Shown here piece after piece: positions 56,149-64,000 of a DNA stretch of 64,000 nt. Position numbers and translations under genes: made by a program. The stretch is from assembly GCF_006345805.1 (NCBI RefSeq), contig NC_043007.1:46004001-46068000 (forward strand), in the 5' to 3' direction. Below the pieces are notes generated by a model. That model worked only from the letters and a program-made list of their open reading frames with translations, was not told the DNA's origin and did not search any database. How positions within the stretch are numbered: the first letter of the stretch is position 1; each line of letters starts with the position of its first letter. This DNA comes from Octopus sinensis (lineage: Eukaryota).

Positions 56149-56736
56149 CATACTCACGCACGTGTGCGCACGCACACTGTCACACACACATATATAAAAC
56201 TACAAACATATATATTAATAACATTGTAATAATCTTCGATAGTTTGAGTAAAGCTAAAACCTCAACGACATATTACCGAAAAATAAAAAATATATTATAT
56301 AAAACTAGAATACACATGAAATGTGTAAAATATGAGCATCCTTCATTCGCAGCCATTAAATTCTGAATGTACATCTTCCTAATTATAAGCATAAATGAAA
56401 AAAAAGAATGAAACAAAAAAAGCAAAACTAGAGGTAGTTTCGTAAAAAGCTACATAAATAATAATACATATGAGAAACCAACGTTTAAATCATTCTCCCG
56501 CCTTTATCAATTATTGTTTTATTCTTCAGAATACAAAATATATATATATGTACCTTAATTCTTTAAAAGTTTTACTTTATTTCAATAATACTTCGCTGTC
56601 TCTCTCTAGTAGTCATTTTTTAAATAAAATTATTTCACGTTTTCTTTGAAATGATCCTACATTGTTTCTAATGTTTCCGAATATCTTACTCAATGTACAT
56701 TTTTATAATATATACTGTTTATCTCAAGTAATTTAG

Positions 56737-57151
56737 TATAATTCCTAACACTGTTATATATTTACATTGTCGTTCCGACATAGATCTCTTGGAAGTAATG
56801 AGCAAGGTAGTTTATAGGAATTGTTATACATAAGAGATGATTACATCACGTTAATGTTTTTCAGTTGAATATTCTAACAATTCTGTCAAATTCAGTATAC
56901 AAACAGGATGACAAAGAGGGTGAGTTATACTTCCACTAAACCGTACTTAAACGGAAGCTATTTATTAATAGTAACTTCACTTTATTCACACCAGGAGCGC
57001 TGACTAATTTCCTCATCATTTTTTCCTCACCTATTTTGCAGAAAATCAGAAACGCTCTCGAACACGTATTAAACAATTATTCCTAGGATCAGAATTTAAA
57101 AGGCAATGCTCTTCCATACGACAGAAAAAAACAACTAAAAATATACAATGA
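56737..57151 (+). CDS. Candidate three-exon 3' end of an unidentified gene (56737-56806, 56865-56919, 57042-57151)
   Basis: Splice signals: ttttcag|..GAGG|gtgagt and a long pyrimidine tract ..ctattttgcag|. The joined frame is open: IIPNTVIYLHCRSDIDLLEVMSK-LNILTILSNSVYKQDDKE-ENQKRSRTRIKQLFLGSEFKRQCSSIRQKKTTKNIQ*. I recognise no protein family. Confidence 0.3.
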
Positions 57152-58712
57152 CTTTTGAATTCACTGATAACAATAGAAATTTTTTCTTAAACATCTAAAA
57201 AATATTCAAATAATGTATCACATTAATCTGTCTCCTTGATATTAGATGAACTGTGCCATCCTCCTTGTAATGGAAGTCTGAATAACATGAAATCATTGAG
57301 GCAAAAACACAAAAAATCATTAATTATTCATTTGATTATTTTTTTTAAAAAAGAGGTCACCAATTTTTAATTTTTGCTTTCATTTGTTTTAGCATTTTAT
57401 TATCTGTAGTGTTGTAGTTGCTAGAGCGTCACTACCAATGTTCATTGGTTCACTCCGACTGAAATATATCTAATAGTGATGATTGAACCATTAGTTTGGG
57501 ATGATTCAGTTGCCTAATGAAATTTCATCTAACGTCATTGTCACTATGGTATGGAGACAGCTAGGCATTTAAATAAGATTGTCTGTCTCTGAATCCATTT
57601 AGAAAGATATCACAAACAAACCTGTCAACTACAATGAGTGGGAGAAAGAGCCGACAACAAGATACTGCATTATCAGAGTAATCTGTTTTTCACACAGTAA
57701 ATCTAACAATCTGACATAGACGACAAAGCTAACTACTAACATAATCTTGAAATATATCTCTTATTTTTTTCATAACGAATTACTAGCAAATTCTCTAAGA
57801 CCCATTAATGTATAAGTACACACATATATATGTGTGTGTGTGTTTGTCTCTGTGTATTCGTGCGTGCGTGTGTGTGCATGTGTACGCGTGCGTAAGTGTG
57901 TGTATGTGTCTGTGTGCGCGTGTCTGTATGAATGCTTACTAAATCGTTCTACATGAAATTCTAATGTTAAAACCAAACTATCACTTTGCATATTACATAC
58001 AGATGTCTCATAATCTCGTAAAATTGTAAATGCCATTCATTGTAAAAGAGATAGTAAACCTCTTTGATTTAATTATCTGGTTTGCTAAGATCTTCCTCAT
58101 TAAAGATCGGATTGTGGTTAATGTTTTACTGCATCACAAATTCAAGCTTGCATTAGCACACCGGCCGTGACCAACACTGAAAGTTTTCCGGGACTTTATT
58201 ATCTAATATTTTCTTTTTTTATTTAGGCGTGAGAAATAAAAAAAAAAGACTTTCATAATATGTTTCGCTAGTCAAGTGACCTGTGAGCTATTCTTCCTTC
58301 TCTCGCATTCAATTTAGTATTACTATATAGTAGAGGTAACAGCAAGTCGCATTCAACGAAATACCAATATTTGAAATCAAGATCCTTACACACCCTTACA
58401 CAACTGGTTCGTAATCTGGTCCTGTAAAGCGGCATAACTTTGGTACATATGTTTATGTATCATAAAATAGCAGATGTATACATTATGTATAACAACACGC
58501 TTTCAACAACGTAAAAGAAATTCCGCATCTCATATGAAAGCTTTTCACTTCAACTGAACCATGGATTATCAAGAAATCATTTGCATCATTTCATTAGTTA
58601 AAATTTGTCTTCCGACGAAGGAACATATTTGTGCGACATAATAATTCGCTTTAGTTATATTTATATAAATAATGAAAGTATTTATATTGAATAATGAAAA
58701 TATTATATGAAA

Positions 58713-59151
58713 TTAACTCTCAGAACCACATCAGCCGCTTTATTGCTGCCACATTGTACTGTTTACAAATACTCCAGCGGTCGCTTTACCGGCTGCCGAT
58801 TTGTATTGTTTACCCAAGCGGTCACTATTCCAGTCGCCCGCCACTGATACAAATACCCCAGCGGCTGCTTTATATGCCAGTATTTTCTGTGTTGGAAAAT
58901 CAGACAGTAACTGCTGGTTCGACTGGCACCGCAAGAGCCAGTATTGGCGATAACAAAAGTAAGGAAGGAATACAACTGTTAGGACACTGTTGCTCTCTAC
59001 TTGACATTTTATTTCAATACGAAAAACAGAAAACATATTTTAGTCACACTGAAACAATATTAGGTGGGAAATCATAATTTTGGCTCTTTTACCCAGGGAA
59101 ACTGGGGTGACGGTTCCGAGGTCAATGGGTATCTGGTGTTGAAAGGGTTAA
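58713..59151. mobile_element. Possible piggyBac-type non-autonomous element with internal about 42-bp repeats
   Basis: The right end GGTGTTGAAAGGG|TTAA is piggyBac-like; the left end TTAA|CTCTCAGAACCAC is only a weak match. There are four degenerate GCGGTCGCTTTA-type motifs. Confidence 0.35.
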
Positions 59152-59473
59152 GAAGACATGGAAATATTAGAAAATGATAATAGAATGATATTCAGTTTGA
59201 AGTCGGCTGGAAAGGAAAACTGTCTCCCATCAATTCATATCTTCAGACAGAAACAAGGTTTACTTTATTAAATATGATTCATTACTTAAAGAATAACAGT
59301 AATAGCTTTATCTCGAACAGAGCTTATTATTTTCAAAAATGTCACTTTAACTGCTCAGGAAAAGAAAGATAAAACGAACACACTAACATATCTGTTATGT
59401 ATTATCGTTTATTCATTTTAGCAATTTGAGTGCGTCCATATTGCGGCACTACCATGCAGAACTTTTAGTCGAT

Positions 59474-59528
<55 letters not shown>

Positions 59529-61237
59529 AATAGACTGATATATAGTGTATATATATATATATATAAATATGTATGCACACACACATACAAAGATATACAA
59601 ATTAATAGATAGATAGATCGGTAGATGGGTATAAGCTTTCGTAGTATTTTTAAGAGCACGAACAGTTGTAGTTATAAAAATTCAATAACTGTCGATGGTT
59701 AGTACAAGCACCTGGCATTTACTATTATCTGGTATATGCGTGTGTATGTGTGTGTGTGTGTGTGAGAGAAAGAGAGAAAGAGAGACAGTGAAGTGAGAAA
59801 GAGAGAGAGAGAAAGAGAAAGAGAGAAAGAGAGAGTGAGTGTGTGTGAGTATTTGTATGTGTTACACTTGTGTGATTTCTTGTGTGTTCGCATGCGGTTG
59901 TGTATGAAGATATGTTTGTGTGTTTATATATATATATTCTTTTACTATTCCAGTACTAATTTTCAGAGTGGTAGGGATATAAGGGATATAAGTGATAGAG
60001 TCAATATGTCCGAAAATAGGATAAATAACATTTTGAACGTACAGATTTTCTTTACCAAGTAGTCAAAACTCATTTCAACAAAACACATACAAACTTAATT
60101 GAACATTTAAATGTAAATTCATAAATGCCACCGATGTTTTCCAAGCCTGATGTGAGAATGGCCGAATATTTTTCGTAAGATGCTATAAAATAAGTTTTGC
60201 TTATTCCTGGAACATATTTCTACACAATAGGAGAGATATTGCAGAAAAAAAAAAGTCAGCATTAGTGCCATATTTTAAAGTATCTGTTATCAGCTTCTCT
60301 GCGACTGTTTTCGCGAAAGAATCTGATAAGATCTACTAGAGTGATCTTAAATCACCAGCTAAATCATTAAGTTTTACAATGGGATAATGAATTAGAGTAT
60401 CTAAATTTCTGACATTAAATAGAGCACTTTTGTTCTTCATAATGTTGATACACAAGCAGTAAAAAATTATACAAATACTTACAGTCTCCAGATATACAAA
60501 CAACATAAACATATGCAAAAGATGAAAACAAAGGTAAGTATATGCTTCAATGAAACATAGTGTGAACTTCGACTGGTTGTTTTACAAGAACTCTTATCAC
60601 TAAATTGATTCTCTTACATACAGAGAATTCCGAACAAAACATTCTTACTCTAAATAAAGAAATAATCCATAAGTCTTAGGAAGTTCGTAATGTTGTGAAG
60701 ATATAAGTTCAAATTGACATAAAAGACATTTGCCTAAATCTCAGTAATTACGTATTGAAGACACATACAGTCGGACATTAGTGGTTACATTCTGCAAATC
60801 TTTTATATTGAGAAGGTTGGCCTTTTGCTCGCAACATTAATATCGCAATATTGTTTGGGAAATGTTGATCCAGAAACAAACCATTTATGAATAACGTCCG
60901 CTTATAGGAAAACAAAACTTAGATAATGGTACGCTGCAGTTATGAGCATATATTTCTTCTCTACTTAAGTTATTAATTCCTTTGTTACCATGTTTCTAAT
61001 ATTACGGTCGACATTATCACCCTACAAATATATTATTATACAGTAATGTATGCATATCTGTGTATGTATGTCTGTGGATACATACATACATGCAGTAATG
61101 TATGAATTTCTATGCATGTGCATACACAAACAGATACACACACATATTTATATACATTATTGTTTCGAATGTTGCCTTTAGAACATCAGAAAAACTGAGT
61201 TAAATTACCCTCACAAAGAGGAAAAAAGTTTCAACAT

Positions 61238-61308
61238 GAGGTCACGAGACTCGAACCCAAATCCCTAAAAACACCTACCGAGTGTTTTGCCGTTAAGCTA
61301 AACTGCTC
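61238..61308 (-). pseudogene. Degenerate tRNA-like sequence (SINE head or tRNA pseudogene)
   Basis: The reverse complement has A-box-like TAGCTTAACGG and B-box-like GGTTCGAGTCTC, but the stems do not close properly. Confidence 0.35.
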
Positions 61309-61559
61309 GCTGTCACCTCTGCCTTCGAATAAAATATAATCTTCTTATTTTTATCGTACAATACACCTGTTGACGCTTCTAATATAAACAACAAATATTT
61401 GTTTATATTTATGTATACTTGTATGTATGTACCTTCCATATTTCAATTATTTCAGTCATTAGTCTGCGGCCATGCTGGGCCCTTGACGAATGTTAGCAGA
61501 ACGAAACAGGGTTCAGTAGCCATACCTTCGTTTCATACGACATCACCAGTTCTATTAGT

Positions 61560-62120
61560 CATTTCGCACCGGGGGAATACGACGCGTCCCAATTGATGCG
61601 ATGCACGGTTGCCTCCGATCGGGAGAGCAGCGGCCCGTTTCGCTTGCTCCGAGTTCGAGAGTAATTTGCAGCCAGCATCATCATCCGGGCTACAGTCGTT
61701 CGCTTTATTAGACAAAATTCCATGTCGTTCTCGGCTAACTTGCGTTATCCTAAAAGAAGCTTCGGAGGAAATCAGGTTTCGACCCCACCCGGTTCGTACA
61801 ATCTATTTGTATGTCATATGCGCTTCGGACTTCCCCAGAGTTTCCTCTGGCTTCGTCCCCACCGAGCATGAATCCCGATCTTTCGTGTCCCTTGAAGCCT
61901 GCAAACACCTGAGTCGGAACGGGAACAATCGACTCTTGCGGATGGATGCGAACGAGCCTGCCCAAGCCAGTAACGATACTTCGTAGCGCCGTGCATCATG
62001 CTGTTCCTGGAGAGAGGACGTGTCATGCTCTCGCTTTCGCTGTGTCGTCGCAGTTGACGGAGTGAAAGGCTCCAAAGATACGCAGTCGACTGGGTGTCTT
62101 CGGTCCCTGTTTCAAAATGA
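61560..62120 (-). mobile_element. Decayed L1/Tx1-like ORF2 fragment (endonuclease-RT linker)
   Basis: CpG-rich; LQEQHDARRYE..KPEE..RITQVSRE..ANDCSPD loosely matches the Tx1 linker preceding the KSPGxDG motif. Confidence 0.45.
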
Positions 62121-62269
62121 ATGGGGAAGGTAGATATAAGAAAATCTTTACAATAATGCAACACTATAATTGTGATCGCCAAACTCGGCGAATTTAAATC
62201 TCATAGGCAGTTAATTTTGATGCGTTGTTAAAAGAATACTAACCAATATACTCACAATATCTCAGCTCT

Positions 62270-62400
62270 ACTGAAGGCCTACATTGCCCAGGTACTGTCT
62301 GAAATTAATAAGGATCATCCAGTTCAGATGTCCAGACATATCAACGGTTTCCGACCGGAATTGAAGGAGAAATTTCAAGTGAAGGTGGATTCATAGAATA
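62270..62400 (+). mobile_element. maT-like transposase C-terminal fragment
   Basis: LKAYIAQVLSEINKDH..GFRP.. then, after a frameshift, SEGGFIE*; the same kind of ending as at 1440-1520. Confidence 0.5.
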
Positions 62401-64000
62401 ACGTTATAAAAAATTCTTATCGAGATTATGTGCTAACAGTTTTATTAAAATACATTTGATTGTTGCTAAGTTAGATCTGTTCTCAAATACCTTTCGCACC
62501 ATGTACATTCACACATTCGTATACACATATGTCTGCAGATATTATACGTTAGTGTATCTGCGCATGTGTTGTAAGTGTCTGTTTATGCCTTGCCGTAAGT
62601 GAAAGGTAAAATATGGTAAGATATAATGAATGTGAAAAATATATTTTCTAAAATATCGTTATAAACTGTAAAATAATTGTAAAACGTGTTTTTATGTTTG
62701 TATTATTCTACTTCACGTATTTTTCTCTTTATTGTAAAAATATTTCGGAGCTGTGACAAAAGATAGAAATTATTTAAAAATAACAAATATTGGATTGTAA
62801 ACATTTTCCCCATTCCTCATATATTTTCAAATATATTGTAATCCAGAACCCTCTCGCTAAACATATATTTCAGTAAGTATTTAGCGTATTGTATACATTA
62901 GTTACTATTTATTTACTTGTTAAAATACAAGAAGTGGAAATTAATAACACAGAAATTAATTTTTCTATTTTGTTTTTGAATTCCATTACACTCTTAACTG
63001 TTGTGGGTATTCTCATGTCTATTGAATCACATGAACGTTCCTAAAATTAGAATGTAATTATTCTAGCTATAAACATTTACTTCAATTTCAATTCGTATAC
63101 AAATCTCGATTATTTCGATAGCAGCAGAAAATACTTCATATTAGTTTTCGAGGACTAGCGATGGGATTATCAATATATTTAGAAAGTGGCCACATTTTGA
63201 AACGTAAGTGAATGATCTATTAATGTAACAGCGATATTTGGGAAAAAGTGTTGATCGTTACAAAAGTAAATATTTAATCGTATATAAGGAAGTGGACGTC
63301 TTGTAAATGATATCTAAGTTATATATTAACAAATTTATATGTGCTAACAATAAACGCTTGCTTCGTGATTGAAAAATAACAATTACAGTGTCTACGCGAG
63401 GATGAATAAAAAATTATCCATCAGGTTTTGCTGTACGTTTCAAATGCGAAATTACTAAACATATTCAGTTAATGATGTGTCTTCGGAGGTGATCGAGGTA
63501 GTTGGCAAAGAAGCTTTAAAAAAAAAAAAAAACACGAAACAAAAACGTAATGTACCATAATTTTCTTCAAACTGTTATTTTATTATTTTAATTTGCCTTA
63601 ATTTTCTTCAAGCAATCCCCCCCCCCTGCAAAAAAAAAAAAATTTCATATTTAGGGAGGTTGTAACTGTAACTGGAAGTAGCGCAATGCTGTCAGTGCAA
63701 GTCCAAGCTTTGTAAACTTTAGCAGACGAAACGTGCCACCAATGTGCTCTTCTGCAAGTCCGTGAAGTTATATGAGTTAATTTATAAATATGGATTATTT
63801 GAAATGTTACTCAGTTTTCAAAAAAAAAAAAAAGAGACAGGTATGTTTTCGAACAGATGACAATTATAAATGTACAATTGATTGAATAACTTAATGGCAT
63901 TTTAAAATATAATCAGTAAAATATATACAATGCTAATTAACTTTCTATTCAGTCTCTATGTGCATTCTTTTCTGATTCCTGTAAATTAATTACACATAAA

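Noticed and set aside
58694-59077. 127-aa plus-strand ORF and overlapping minus ORFs
   Set aside because: No domain; overlaps a periodic repeat block, and VAGDWNS alone is not enough to call an endonuclease.
60485-60533. Possible plus-strand exon (LQIYKQHKHMQKMKTK|gtaagt)
   Set aside because: A competing minus-strand donor overlaps it and no consistent neighbouring exon was found.
61609-61986. 125-aa plus-strand ORF
   Set aside because: Antisense of a probable Tx1 remnant; GC-rich DNA yields long ORFs by chance.

Overview
This is AT-rich, microsatellite-saturated animal DNA. The SINE/LINE repertoire and (TA)n/(CA)n/(AAT)n load resemble a coleoid cephalopod (Octopus-like) genome; that is inferred from repeat content, not from a search. 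I see no recognisable intact host gene, rRNA, CRISPR array or prokaryotic system, and most ORF-track entries are microsatellite read-through or TE antisense. The window holds decayed mobile elements: R4/Dong-like RLE retrotransposons inserted in (AAT)n tracts, CR1/L2, RTE, L1/Tx1, Penelope-like elements (PLE), mariner/Tc1 remnants and MITEs, and about 15 tRNA-derived SINE copies in three families. The most interesting signal is a set of minimal hammerhead-ribozyme motifs of PLE/retrozyme type. Two have intact cores (15239-15320 minus, 42054-42142 plus), several are decayed, one pair is arranged as a long inverted repeat, and one forms a 66-bp foldback centred on a hammerhead-like helix II. A speculative phase-compatible chain of small plus-strand exons may indicate a host gene, but it is unverified.
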